A DNA stretch of 64,000 nt, taken from assembly GCA_963677435.1 (NCBI GenBank), contig OY781945.1, positions 1,504,001 through 1,568,000 on the forward strand, read 5' to 3'. The position numbers were made by a program, and so were the translations under genes. Positions within the stretch are counted from its first letter, which is position 1, and the number at the start of each line of letters is the position of its first letter. This document shows positions 19,194 through 29,072 of the stretch, piece after piece. The stretch is from an uncultured Aliarcobacter sp. (lineage in GTDB: Bacteria; Campylobacterota; Campylobacteria; Campylobacterales; Arcobacteraceae). Below the pieces are notes generated by a model. The model was not told the DNA's origin. It ran no database searches and saw only the letters and a program-made list of their open reading frames with translations.

Positions 19194-19883
19194 TTATATT
19201 TTTCTTACATCAACATAAGAGCCTGATTCAAATTCATCTATTCTATTTATTAAATTATCTAGTTTAATTGCTGTTTCTTCAGGCGTTTGAACAAGACCTT
19301 CATTTAATTTTTTTGCAGATGGAAAAATATTTTCATCTAATTCAAATCTTATATAATCAGTCATAGGTGTTTTTATGACTCCAGGTGCAACTGCCAGAAG
19401 TTTTGTATTTGGCATCTCATTTGAATAAAGATTTATTAGCATATTTACTCCTGCCTTTGATAAAGAGTATGAACCCCAACCTTTATATCCAGTTAGTGAA
19501 GCTCCCGAAGAAATAGCTAAAATATTTTTTACTTTTATGCTTTTTAAAATATCAAGGAGTTTTTTGTTTGCATAAACATTTAATTTATATACTTCTTGCA
19601 TTTCACTTGTTGATAACTCATCTAAAACTCTAATTTTCCCCAACATTCCAGCATTTAGGAAAACTGTTTCAATTTGTGAAATATCTTTAATAATTGGGCT
19701 TAAAATCTCTTTTATTTGTGAAAGCTCTGACAAATCAAAAACAATATGAGTGAAGTTTATATTTTCAATATTTGATTTATTTCTACTGATACCATAAACT
19801 TTGAAGCCTTTTTGCAAATAGTAGTTAGATAAAGCTAGTCCAAGACCAGAACTGCAACCTGTGATTAAAATATTTTTTTCCAT
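19194..19883 (-). CDS. Short-chain dehydrogenase/reductase
   Basis: TGCSSGLG, NAG, YSLSK catalytic motif. Confidence 0.9.
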   Translation of the reverse strand: MEKNILITGCSSGLGLALSNYYLQKGFKVYGISRNKSNIENINFTHIVFDLSELSQIKEILSPIIKDISQIETVFLNAGMLGKIRVLDELSTSEMQEVYKLNVYANKKLLDILKSIKVKNILAISSGASLTGYKGWGSYSLSKAGVNMLINLYSNEMPNTKLLAVAPGVIKTPMTDYIRFELDENIFPSAKKLNEGLVQTPEETAIKLDNLINRIDEFESGSYVDVRKI

Positions 19884-20713
19884 TAGGCTTTCCTTATATT
19901 AAATATTGATTTTACAAAAGAGTAGAGTAGGAATAAAAAGATTATAGGTAAAAGTATAGTTTGGAAAATAAAAACTATGATTAAATCAATAATATATTGA
20001 CTTGAATTATCAACTGCATCTTTGTATTCATTAACCTTTTTTTCATAATAACTGCTGTCAAATTTCTCCATAACTTTATTGAAAAAAGAGCTATCTTCTT
20101 TTTGAGTTATTGTATCTTGATTTATTTTACTAACATCATCTTTTACTTTTAAAATATCCTGATTTAACTCTTCTATATTGTATTGAGGTTTTACAAAATA
20201 GTTATAAGAAACTTCGTTTACATAACCAATCATTGGAATTGCAAATCTTAAAAACAAAAGTATAAAAGTGATTTTGAAAAACAGATCTCTTAATCTTTCA
20301 TCATTTGCAAAACGCTTAAAAAGCCAAATATTAAAAACTATAATAAAAGCAAATAAAATGTAGTTATAAATATCATTTGTCACAAAATTTAGCAAGATTT
20401 TTTGAATACCAAGGGAAACCATACTTGCTAACATCACAAGGGAAAATTGCTCAACTAAATCATTTATAGGATCAAGTATTTCTCCCACTGCTACTATTAC
20501 AAAAGGCAGATTTAACTCCGTTCCTTGAGCTAATGAAATCACAGCATTTAAAGCTTTTGCACTTCCAAATACAATAACAGATTGTTTGAATGAATCATCA
20601 ACAAGTCTTTTTGCATTGTCATCAATAGTAAAAGTCAAAGCAAAACAAAGAGCGAAGAGAGTAAAAGCAACTAATAAAAGTTTATTCCAGTTTTTTATAA
20701 TAAATGTTTTCAT
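19883..20713 (-). CDS. Conserved hypothetical membrane protein
   Basis: 'LNAVISLAQGT...GEILDPINDLVEQFS' plus TM segments; TAATG overlap with the SDR gene; extended -10 directly before ATG. Confidence 0.75.
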   Translation of the reverse strand: MKTFIIKNWNKLLLVAFTLFALCFALTFTIDDNAKRLVDDSFKQSVIVFGSAKALNAVISLAQGTELNLPFVIVAVGEILDPINDLVEQFSLVMLASMVSLGIQKILLNFVTNDIYNYILFAFIIVFNIWLFKRFANDERLRDLFFKITFILLFLRFAIPMIGYVNEVSYNYFVKPQYNIEELNQDILKVKDDVSKINQDTITQKEDSSFFNKVMEKFDSSYYEKKVNEYKDAVDNSSQYIIDLIIVFIFQTILLPIIFLFLLYSFVKSIFNIRKA

Positions 20714-20793
20714 AGATTGATTATAGCAGATTATTTTTATAGGTTTTTTACTTAGATTTGAAATTAAGTTATACTAAACAAAAAGGATTTATT

Positions 20794-20946
20794 ATGGAAA
20801 TAGTAACTTTTTTAATTTATATAGTGATGTTTGTAATAGCATTTATTTTAAGTTTCGTAAGTGTCAGATATTTTATAACTATGTGGAAATTTAAAAATAG
20901 AAAAAAAGACGGAAGTGAAGATGATAATTTTAAGAGGTTTGATTAG
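20794..20946 (+). CDS. Small single-TM hypothetical protein
   Basis: SD AAGGA before ATG 20794; one hydrophobic helix and a charged tail. Confidence 0.6.
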   Translation: MEIVTFLIYIVMFVIAFILSFVSVRYFITMWKFKNRKKDGSEDDNFKRFD

Positions 20947-20952
20947 ATTATT

Positions 20953-21717
20953 CTAATCTTTTTTATCAATAATCAGAAATCTATCATGACTATTTTTGAA
21001 CTCTTTTAATTCTATATTTTTATATTGTGTTTGATATTTTTGAAAATCAAGTTTTAGCTGTTTTGTAATAGTGTGAGTATAAATTTTAACTTTAATATTT
21101 GCATATTTACTAAAAAGTGTTAATACAGTTTCATCAATATAATTGCCAAGTAGGATTATTTCATCTTTTGCAGTTTTTAGTAAATCATTTATAAAGATGT
21201 AAGCCTCGAAAATCTCTCCATTGTAAAATATTCCTTGTTTTGGTTTTATTGTTTTGTCTTCTAAAGCTTCAAAAAGTTTGTCAAAATGTTCATCATGAAT
21301 AGTTAATCTTTGTTCTATTCTTTCAAATCGTTCAAACATTGATAGATTTGATGATATAAGATTTCTCATATTTGCAAAAGTTTTTATAATATAAACTGTA
21401 ATTTGAGAAGCAACTTTACTTTTTAAAATAGTTGCCAACATATAAATACCTTGCTCTGTGAAAACTTTTGGATTTATCCTTACTTTAGCAAAATTTGCGG
21501 TCAAATCTTTTGACCGCAAATTCTAAAATTCAACATTTGTTAGCTCAAAATAAAAATCTTCCATAAATTTATCTTGATTATTTCTCACTGCTTGATTTAT
21601 ATGTTTTGTCTCAACTCCATAAAGCTCCGCTAAGTCTTTGTCTAACATAACTTGAAGATTTCGTATAGTATAGATTTTATCTTTTATATTGTTTTCATTG
21701 ATTATTAACTCTTGCAT
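20953..21717 (-). pseudogene. ORF6N-domain DNA-binding protein with in-frame TAG and apparently truncated C-terminus
   Basis: The two listed ORFs share one frame, separated by TAG at 21523-25 (VEF*NLRSK); 'VMLDKDLAELYGV', 'FTEQG..ML..ILKS'; ends just after 'HDRFLIID'. Confidence 0.8.
21492..21522. repeat. 14-bp perfect inverted repeat inside the ORF6N coding sequence
   Basis: AATTTGCGGTCAAA-tct-TTTGACCGCAAATT. Confidence 0.9.
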
Positions 21718-21719
21718 TT

Positions 21720-22613
21720 TTATCTAAGTAAATTATCTGTTAAATACCATAAATTTAAAGTATCTTTTATTCCCATTTCTACACCTTTTATATTTGGAAA
21801 AACTGTTGTTGAATTAATTCCTATTTTTTCACAGAAATAATATGCTTCAACAATTTCACTTATGGGTAATGTGATTTTTAGTAAAGGTGTTTCTGGTAAA
21901 GATGAAAATATTTTTTCTAGTCCTTCGACCAAAAAGCTACTATTTCTATAACCATTATGTGTATGAACAGTAAACAAACCCTTTTGAGCAGATAAATGAA
22001 TAGTAGAACTTTTTGGGACTTCTAACACTTTTAAATCATATAAATTTCTATATTCTAAATTCAATACCCATATTGCAATTTTTTCATTTTTAATATTTTG
22101 ATTTTCTTCTAAAAGTTTTATATATCTTTCCAATGCGGATGATACAGCAAAATAAAGTCCTATATAAGGTGATTCTGTCCAATCTAATAATCTTGTAGGA
22201 ACACTATGATGTTGAGCAATTGCCATTAATTCTAAAAGCTCTTCATTTGCCCATAAAGATGGATTTTTTATATATTTGTCAATATTATTTGTATCAAGAT
22301 TTTTTTCTCTAAAAATGACTGAATCATTAGGTACTTTAATACCTAAATTATCACAATATTCAACAAATTTTTTTAAAATACTCAATTCATTATAGACTTG
22401 AAAATCTGCTGTTGCATCACTTTTTAATATTTTCATAAGTTGATTACTACTGCTCTTTCTTAATACAGAAGGAATTAGTCCCCAAGTTGAATCTGCTTGT
22501 CCTCGATAAATTAATTTATTGGGTTCTTCAAATAATTCATTAGTAGGACTTAATAAATTCCATAATTCAGTTGCTGTTTCACAATGTTTTTCTTCAAAAG
22601 CTTTATGATTCAT
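21720..22613 (-). CDS. FRG domain-containing protein
   Basis: 'IYRGQADSTWGLIPS', 'AQHHSVPTRLLDWT.SP..GLYFA', 'AQKGLF'. Confidence 0.9.
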   Translation of the reverse strand: MNHKAFEEKHCETATELWNLLSPTNELFEEPNKLIYRGQADSTWGLIPSVLRKSSSNQLMKILKSDATADFQVYNELSILKKFVEYCDNLGIKVPNDSVIFREKNLDTNNIDKYIKNPSLWANEELLELMAIAQHHSVPTRLLDWTESPYIGLYFAVSSALERYIKLLEENQNIKNEKIAIWVLNLEYRNLYDLKVLEVPKSSTIHLSAQKGLFTVHTHNGYRNSSFLVEGLEKIFSSLPETPLLKITLPISEIVEAYYFCEKIGINSTTVFPNIKGVEMGIKDTLNLWYLTDNLLR

Positions 22614-22711
22614 CAACAATTCTCCATAATTTTAATCTCATACTTCTTCATTTTATTTGCATCTTCTTTTAGTTTAAAAATTAATGCGAAACTTTTGTAC
22701 TTTTCATTCAT
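22613..22711 (-). CDS. Possible 32-aa peptide translationally coupled to FRG (MNEKYKSFALIFKLKEDANKMKKYEIKIMENC)
   Basis: SD AAGGAG before ATG; its TGA overlaps the FRG ATG (TGATG). Confidence 0.4.
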   Translation of the reverse strand: MNEKYKSFALIFKLKEDANKMKKYEIKIMENC

Positions 22712-22941
22712 AAAGAACTCCTTTTTTATTTTTGTAAATTATACATCATAAAAAAAAGGTCATTTTTCAAAAAATTTGATGACAATTTTATTTAATACGA
22801 AACTGAAACTTGTTTCAGGCAAGAGTTGCAGAAAAGAAAAAGGTGTCATTACCTTTTCTCTATCATGAGGATAGTTATTTAAATCCATAATAATTTATTC
22901 TACCTAAATGACATAAAAACAACTTAATGCTATCATTGCAC

Positions 22942-23421
22942 ATGAAATCAAAAAGAGTATTAAAAAAAGAGTTCTTTATAACTCTATTTATCAAACAAAA
23001 CAAATGGCACAGATTTGGTGTATTAGTTCACACTTTAGCAGTTGTAGTACAGGTTTTAAAAGCAAAAGAATATAAGATGATTCCTGCTGCATTTTTACAT
23101 GATATTGGAAAACCTTATGTTGCTTTTCAAGATGAAAAGGACAAAATTACAAAAGAGTATTCATTTCATAATCACGAAGAGATGAGTTATCACATCATTA
23201 AAAACTGGAAAGTTTCAGAATATACAAAAAAGTTAGTCCGTTATCACTATCTTTTTAGAGGTATGCAAAAAGCAAAAGAAAAAAATCACTTAGCTAGATA
23301 TCATCGTATGAAAAGAAGTTTTGATAGTTTAGATGAAGAGTTTATTTCTGATTTAAGACTTTTTATGAAATTGGATGATTTAGGAAAGATAAGTTTTTTC
23401 AAAACTAAAGATAATATGTAA
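22942..23421 (+). CDS. HD-domain phosphohydrolase family protein
   Basis: 'HTL...FLHDIGKP...HNHE...RYH'; extended -10 directly before ATG 22942. Confidence 0.85.
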   Translation: MKSKRVLKKEFFITLFIKQNKWHRFGVLVHTLAVVVQVLKAKEYKMIPAAFLHDIGKPYVAFQDEKDKITKEYSFHNHEEMSYHIIKNWKVSEYTKKLVRYHYLFRGMQKAKEKNHLARYHRMKRSFDSLDEEFISDLRLFMKLDDLGKISFFKTKDNM

Positions 23422-23478
23422 TCTATTTAAATTTTTTTTGGCTATAATCTAAGCTATTATAGAAATAGAAGAGAAACC

Positions 23479-24609
23479 TTGCAATTTACAATAAACGAAA
23501 AAATAAAACAACTAAATATAGAAGATATAAAAGAGAATCTTTTCCATTACTCATACGATAGCAAAAGCTTAAAAGCTTTAGTAAAAAATAATACATCAAA
23601 AGAAGATATTTCATATATATCAGCATATAGCAGCTTCAAAGGTGAAGTTTACGAAAACATAGTTTATGAACTTTTACTTCAATATACTCTTACCCAAGAT
23701 GAAATCACAAGATTTGTACTAAAAGGGCCTTATCAAGATAAAGAAAACCTTTACATTAAAAGTGGACTTTTAATAGATAGAAGCTCTCAAATAGTTTATA
23801 AATCAGCTTACAAAGATATTAGTGAGTTTGATGCTATGTTCTTTACAAAAGATAGTGTTTACTTTGTAGAGATGAGTACTTCAAAAAAAACTTCAAGTTT
23901 AAATAAAAGACTTACAAAAAAATACGCTCTATTAAAAATGATTTTTCCAACTTTAATAATCAAAGCATTAATAGTTGTAACTGTTGGTTCAACTGGACTT
24001 AAAAACTTCCCTGAATATGCAACTATTTGGATTACAAATGATTTAGAAGATGAAGAGTTAATCGAAAAAATCATTTTTGCTAAAAAAGTAAAAAATGATG
24101 TTCAGACTCTAAAAGCTCCAAGAAATTCTAAATATATAGAAGCTTACAAAGTAAAATATAAGAAGTTTCAATATTTTCCTACTTTAGAGTGGATTTTAAA
24201 TAAATCAAGGGAAAATCCAAAATTTCCTGTGGATTTAAAATTCTTTTCTTCACCAAAACTAGGCCTTTATTTTGATATTTTTACTAAACTTTATATTGGA
24301 TTTATAAATACAGATGAGTTTTTAGTTTTATATCCTGAATTTGAACTAAAAATTAGATTTGATAGAATAATTGTTACTATTGAAAAAGTAAATCAAACTC
24401 AACTTGATATTGTTTATTATGCAAAAGAGACAAATGGAAAACTAAAAAGAGTAAGACTTGAAGAGAATGGTATTTCAATAAAAGATAAAGAACTAGATGG
24501 TTTTACAAATGCTGAAGTTAGATTTTTCATGAAAATACTTGAAGATAAACACCATTTAAGTGTAGAAAATATAAACCATATTTTAAATAATATTTCTTTA
24601 ATTAAGTGA
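23479..24609 (+). CDS. Hypothetical protein, possible PD-(D/E)XK-like N-terminal domain
   Basis: 'GEVYE...EFDAMF....VYFVEMS' pattern; otherwise unrecognised. Confidence 0.6.
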   Translation: MQFTINEKIKQLNIEDIKENLFHYSYDSKSLKALVKNNTSKEDISYISAYSSFKGEVYENIVYELLLQYTLTQDEITRFVLKGPYQDKENLYIKSGLLIDRSSQIVYKSAYKDISEFDAMFFTKDSVYFVEMSTSKKTSSLNKRLTKKYALLKMIFPTLIIKALIVVTVGSTGLKNFPEYATIWITNDLEDEELIEKIIFAKKVKNDVQTLKAPRNSKYIEAYKVKYKKFQYFPTLEWILNKSRENPKFPVDLKFFSSPKLGLYFDIFTKLYIGFINTDEFLVLYPEFELKIRFDRIIVTIEKVNQTQLDIVYYAKETNGKLKRVRLEENGISIKDKELDGFTNAEVRFFMKILEDKHHLSVENINHILNNISLIK

Positions 24610-24666
24610 AAACTTTATCTAGACTTATGCTATAATATCGCTCAAAATTTAAAAAGGACAAAAAAA

Positions 24667-24732
24667 ATGAACTCAAATGACTCCTATTATAGGCGTACTT
24701 TAAACTTTTCTCTCATGGGGTATTCAAAATGA
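24667..24732 (+). CDS. Putative 21-aa leader peptide MNSNDSYYRRTLNFSLMGYSK
   Basis: TGcTATAAT at 24628-36, SD AAGGA, stop overlaps the CNNM start (ATGA). Confidence 0.5.
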   Translation: MNSNDSYYRRTLNFSLMGYSK

Positions 24733-25817
24733 CCCTTCTTCTTACTTATCTCTCAATAGCGTTACTAATTTCTTTCATGTGCTCTGTTTTAGAAGCTGTT
24801 TTATTATCTAGTACTTCTACTTATATAGAAACATTGTCAAAAAATGGTGATAGCTTAAAAGCTGTTAGATTATTAAAAGAGTTAAAATCAAATATAGATA
24901 AACCAATATCTTCAATTTTAACACTTAATACTTTTGCTCATACAATGGGAGCAGCAGGTGTTGGTGCACAAGCTCAAATATTATTTGGGGATGAATGGCA
25001 AACTGCTATTGCTTTTATTTTAACTTTATTGATTCTTTATGTATCTGAAATAATTCCAAAAACAATTGGTGCTATTTATTGGAAAGGTTTATTAATTCCA
25101 TCAGCTTATATAATTTCATTTATGATTAAAATTACATATCCTTTGGTTTGGTTTTCAAGTCTTATAACAAACTATATTTCAAAAGGTAGAAAAGATGAAA
25201 TAAACTTTTCAAGAGATGAAATTATGGCAGTTGTTACACTAAGTGAAAAAGAGGGTTCAATTCATTCAAAAGAGAGTGTTTTAATTGAAAACCTTTTCAA
25301 ATTAAAAAACATTAAAACAAAAGAGATAATGACTCCTCGAAGTGTAGTGTTTGCACTTAATGAAAATGTAACAGTAGAAGAAGCTATTGAAAATGATAAA
25401 ATGTATATTCACTCAAGAATTCCAATTTATAATGAATCAATAGATGATATAGTAGGAATAGTTTTCAATCAAACTATATTAGAAGAAAGTGTTGAAGAAC
25501 GAGATAATACAATATTACGAGATATTACAGTTCCAGTTCATAAAATTTCAGAGAATGTACCAGTTTCTTTGTTAATAGATTTATTTGTAAAAAGAAAAAC
25601 ACACCTATTTATTGTTCATGATAATTATGGACAAACAAGTGGAGTTGTAACTTTAGAAGATGCTATTGAGACTCTATTAGGAGTTGAGATAGTTGATGAA
25701 ATGGATGAAGTTGAAGATATGCAAGCTTTTGCAAAAGACAAAAATAAACAATTCCAAGATAAATTATTAGTAGAAAAAAAGAGACTACAAAAATTAGATT
25801 TGTCTAAACAAATCTAA
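24729..25817 (+). CDS. CNNM (DUF21)-CBS domain protein (CorB/HlyC-like Mg2+ transporter family)
   Basis: 'SFMCSVLEAVLLS', 'SEIIPKTIGA', 'IMTPRSVV', 'HSRIPIY', 'GVVTLEDAIE'. Confidence 0.9.
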   Translation: MTLLLTYLSIALLISFMCSVLEAVLLSSTSTYIETLSKNGDSLKAVRLLKELKSNIDKPISSILTLNTFAHTMGAAGVGAQAQILFGDEWQTAIAFILTLLILYVSEIIPKTIGAIYWKGLLIPSAYIISFMIKITYPLVWFSSLITNYISKGRKDEINFSRDEIMAVVTLSEKEGSIHSKESVLIENLFKLKNIKTKEIMTPRSVVFALNENVTVEEAIENDKMYIHSRIPIYNESIDDIVGIVFNQTILEESVEERDNTILRDITVPVHKISENVPVSLLIDLFVKRKTHLFIVHDNYGQTSGVVTLEDAIETLLGVEIVDEMDEVEDMQAFAKDKNKQFQDKLLVEKKRLQKLDLSKQI

Positions 25818-25839
25818 TCTATTTTTTAATCAAAAAGAG

Positions 25840-27588
25840 TTATAACAAAAACTCTTTTTGAATCTTATCAAAGTTATAAATATCTTCCCTAAATTGTAAA
25901 ACACCATTTTCATCAACCCATGAAGTTAGATAAACTATGTGAATAGGAATCTTTTTATTTAATCCTATAGATTTTTCGCTTGTTTCATTTGCTAAAATTT
26001 CATTTGCTTTATTTATATCTAAATTCGGATCTTCATTTGCTATAGTTGTTAGTAAATCTTGTGGTTTAGAAAGTCTAATACATCCATGAGAGAAAGCTCT
26101 TCTAGCATTTGCAAATAGATATTTTGCAGGTGTATCATGGATATAAACCGCGTGTTTATTTGGAAACATAAATTTCATTTTTCCAAGTGGATTATCTTTG
26201 TTTGAATTTTGAGAAAATCTAAAACTTTTTAAATACTCTTCATTTTGAAGTATTGCACCATCTAAAACATCTTTTGAATCTACTTTTTCAGTATTTGCAT
26301 TCCAGCCAGCATAAATATCAATTCCTTTATCTGCTAGATAATTAGGGTTTTTTAAAAGCTTAGGAATAAGCTCACTTTTTGCAATACTATCAGGAATATT
26401 CCAGTTTGGATTTAAAACAACATAAGACATTTTATCTGAGAAAATAGGTGTTGGAAATTTTGAATCACCTACAATAACTGCCATATTCAACTTCACTTCA
26501 TCATTTTCGTACAGTTTTAGTCGATAATCAGGAATATTAACAAGAAGATATTTTTCTCCTAAATTTCTAGGAAGCCATCTCATTCTTTCTAGATTTAATC
26601 TTATTATTGCTATTTTTTTATCTGCTGAAACATTTAAAAATCTTTGAGTTTGAGCTCCAACTATTCCATCAGCATATAATCCATGTTTTTTCTGAAAAGA
26701 GATAACTGCATTTTTTAAATCTTCATCAAAAACATTTTCACAATTTGCACTTAATTTTACATTTTCAGAGTTTTCTTCTTCTGTAGTTGTATTATTGATT
26801 AAGCTTTGTTCATTTTGTGTATTTTCACATTGAGTATTTAAATCATTACTTTGTGTTAATCTTTTTCTTAAAATTGACAAAACTTCTGAAACATCACCAA
26901 TTCTTAAAGGCTTAGTTTCTGGAACTTTTATATATCCACCATTTGCAGAAATTTTTTCAAGTTCATCAATAGCAGAAACCAACTCTTTTACTTGAGGGTA
27001 GTTAAAATCAAGTCCATCTAAAACATCTACTAAATCATTTTTTTCAACTACTTGTTTAAGCAGTTGTTTTGGATTTTCTTTTAAATTATATTTATCCCAA
27101 GCAGCTTTTATTTCTGTTTGTTTTTCTCGTTCAGCTAATTTTTGTTCAAATTCGTTCCATTTAATTGAACCTTTTGATATATATGTAACATATCTATCAA
27201 ATAATTCAGTTAACATAAAATCAACTTTTACTATATTTTCAAGATATTTAGGATCAGATTTATCTAATGAATTTAGACTATTTTCAACTTCATCTAATCT
27301 GAATATTTTATTTATATGTGGTTTTAATACAGGGTCATTTTTGATTCTATCTAAAAGAGAAAGTCCAATACTTTTTATACCATTTTCATCTATCCAATAA
27401 GCAGAATAATCATTTTTAACATAATAGTCATTAAGATTTTTTTTACTTATTAGTAAATCATCATAATTTTTGTTTAAAAGTGATTTTATATCTTTTTTTA
27501 CTTCTAGTTCAAAAGGCAGGTTTGAATTATTAGCAGATAAAGAGTAGTTAAGTATTATTAAAAAAATAATAGATCTTAAATTTAGCAT
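25840..27588 (-). CDS. L,D-transpeptidase (YcbB/LdtD-like) with peptidoglycan-binding domain
   Basis: 'FQKKHGL.ADGIVG', 'LNLERMRW', 'YIHDTP...RAFSHGCIRL'. Confidence 0.92.
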   Translation of the reverse strand: MLNLRSIIFLIILNYSLSANNSNLPFELEVKKDIKSLLNKNYDDLLISKKNLNDYYVKNDYSAYWIDENGIKSIGLSLLDRIKNDPVLKPHINKIFRLDEVENSLNSLDKSDPKYLENIVKVDFMLTELFDRYVTYISKGSIKWNEFEQKLAEREKQTEIKAAWDKYNLKENPKQLLKQVVEKNDLVDVLDGLDFNYPQVKELVSAIDELEKISANGGYIKVPETKPLRIGDVSEVLSILRKRLTQSNDLNTQCENTQNEQSLINNTTTEEENSENVKLSANCENVFDEDLKNAVISFQKKHGLYADGIVGAQTQRFLNVSADKKIAIIRLNLERMRWLPRNLGEKYLLVNIPDYRLKLYENDEVKLNMAVIVGDSKFPTPIFSDKMSYVVLNPNWNIPDSIAKSELIPKLLKNPNYLADKGIDIYAGWNANTEKVDSKDVLDGAILQNEEYLKSFRFSQNSNKDNPLGKMKFMFPNKHAVYIHDTPAKYLFANARRAFSHGCIRLSKPQDLLTTIANEDPNLDINKANEILANETSEKSIGLNKKIPIHIVYLTSWVDENGVLQFREDIYNFDKIQKEFLL

Positions 27589-27707
27589 ATAGACAATCTC
27601 CGTAATAGTAATCTTATTAAAGATTTTAAAATACCCAAATTCTCATTAAAAACTTGAACAAATAATATTCTTTGAAATAAAATTTTTAAAACCGTAGAGT
27701 TAATACA

Positions 27708-28367
27708 CTAAATAGATTTTTTATAGGGAAGTTTATATCTAACATCATTTTCATCATAAGCACATTTCACTTGATACTCTACCATTTTTTCAAAAGGATT
27801 TAAAAAGTTCTCTAAAGATTTTGATGAAATATTTTCTACATTTTGTAAGTTTAATAGTTCAAGTATACATAAAGTTGATTCTATTGTAGAAAGACAATAT
27901 TGATTTGGTTGAGTTTTTATTTTAAATTGTGATGATTTATCATGTTCAAAACTAACTTTATTTAAACCATGTAAATTTTTACTAAGTCTTAACATTTTTT
28001 TTGAACAAGGCCAAGTTGAATCTATTATAAAAATAAGTGCTTTTTTTTCACTTGGAAGTTTTTGAGTATTTAGTTTGATACTATCATTTCCTGGATATAA
28101 AATATAAGCTTCATATGTTTTGTCATTTAAAAGTTCATTTACTCTTGCGTGGTTTGTAAAATCAACTCCCACATATAACTCGGAATTTTTTAGGGAATTA
28201 TTAGTCATATGACCTGTTCCATTTTTCGTTTTTCTATACTCTTTTGGGTGCATCAAAATAACAAACTTTGTATTAGTTTGTATTGGATTTATTATGTATT
28301 CGCAAACACATGAACTTTTTGGTCTATAACATTTATAACATACTTCTCGATTTTCAAACTCTTGCAA
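27708..28367 (-). CDS. DTW-domain tRNA-uridine aminocarboxypropyltransferase
   Basis: CYKCYRP..SCVC, 'HPKE', 'IDSTW', 'LSTIES'. Confidence 0.9.
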   Translation of the reverse strand: MQEFENREVCYKCYRPKSSCVCEYIINPIQTNTKFVILMHPKEYRKTKNGTGHMTNNSLKNSELYVGVDFTNHARVNELLNDKTYEAYILYPGNDSIKLNTQKLPSEKKALIFIIDSTWPCSKKMLRLSKNLHGLNKVSFEHDKSSQFKIKTQPNQYCLSTIESTLCILELLNLQNVENISSKSLENFLNPFEKMVEYQVKCAYDENDVRYKLPYKKSI

Positions 28368-28475
28368 TATCTTCTACTTTTTAATTTTTTTGCAATTATA
28401 GTCAAATCATTATTACATTTATGAATAATTTTGATTATATGATTATAATTGCATAAAATTTATATAAGAGAAATT

Positions 28476-29072
28476 ATGATTATTTTAGAAGCAATAGGGG
28501 CAATTTTTTCAATATTAGGTGCATATTTGATGTCATTGAGTGGTAATGGAAATACAAAGCCACTATATTTAGGATTTATCTGTTTTTTTGTCTCAAACCT
28601 TGCACTTTTGACATTTTTTACATTAACTGGGAAAATTCCTGTAATTATTCAAATGATTCTATTTTTTGTAACAGCAATAATAGGAATTTATAAATTAACT
28701 CAAAATAGAAAAAGAGATGTTCAAATTATAAGTTTTGTATTGTCAATTTATATTTTAATCTTTATTTTTACAGTTCTGCCAAATATGGCTCAAACTGATT
28801 TTAAGATATTGCTAGTTGATTTTATAGCTTCACTAATTGCTATTATTGGAAGTTTTTTACTTTCAAGTCATAATCATGTAGTAAGGTCATACGCGTTTAT
28901 CTGTTTTTTTGTGGCAGATGTGATATTTGTATATATTGGTTATACAAATGCCTTTTACTTTTTTATGGTGCAATCAGCTTTTTATTTATATACAAGTTTA
29001 AAAGGTTACTCAAATACAATGAAAAATGAAATTGAATTATTTAAAAAAAGGATTAAAGATGGAAAAAAATAG
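28476..29072 (+). CDS. Hypothetical membrane protein with internal duplication
   Basis: Two similar halves (AIFSILGAYLMS..FICFFVSN / SLIAIIGSFLLS..FICFFVAD). Confidence 0.7.
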   Translation: MIILEAIGAIFSILGAYLMSLSGNGNTKPLYLGFICFFVSNLALLTFFTLTGKIPVIIQMILFFVTAIIGIYKLTQNRKRDVQIISFVLSIYILIFIFTVLPNMAQTDFKILLVDFIASLIAIIGSFLLSSHNHVVRSYAFICFFVADVIFVYIGYTNAFYFFMVQSAFYLYTSLKGYSNTMKNEIELFKKRIKDGKK

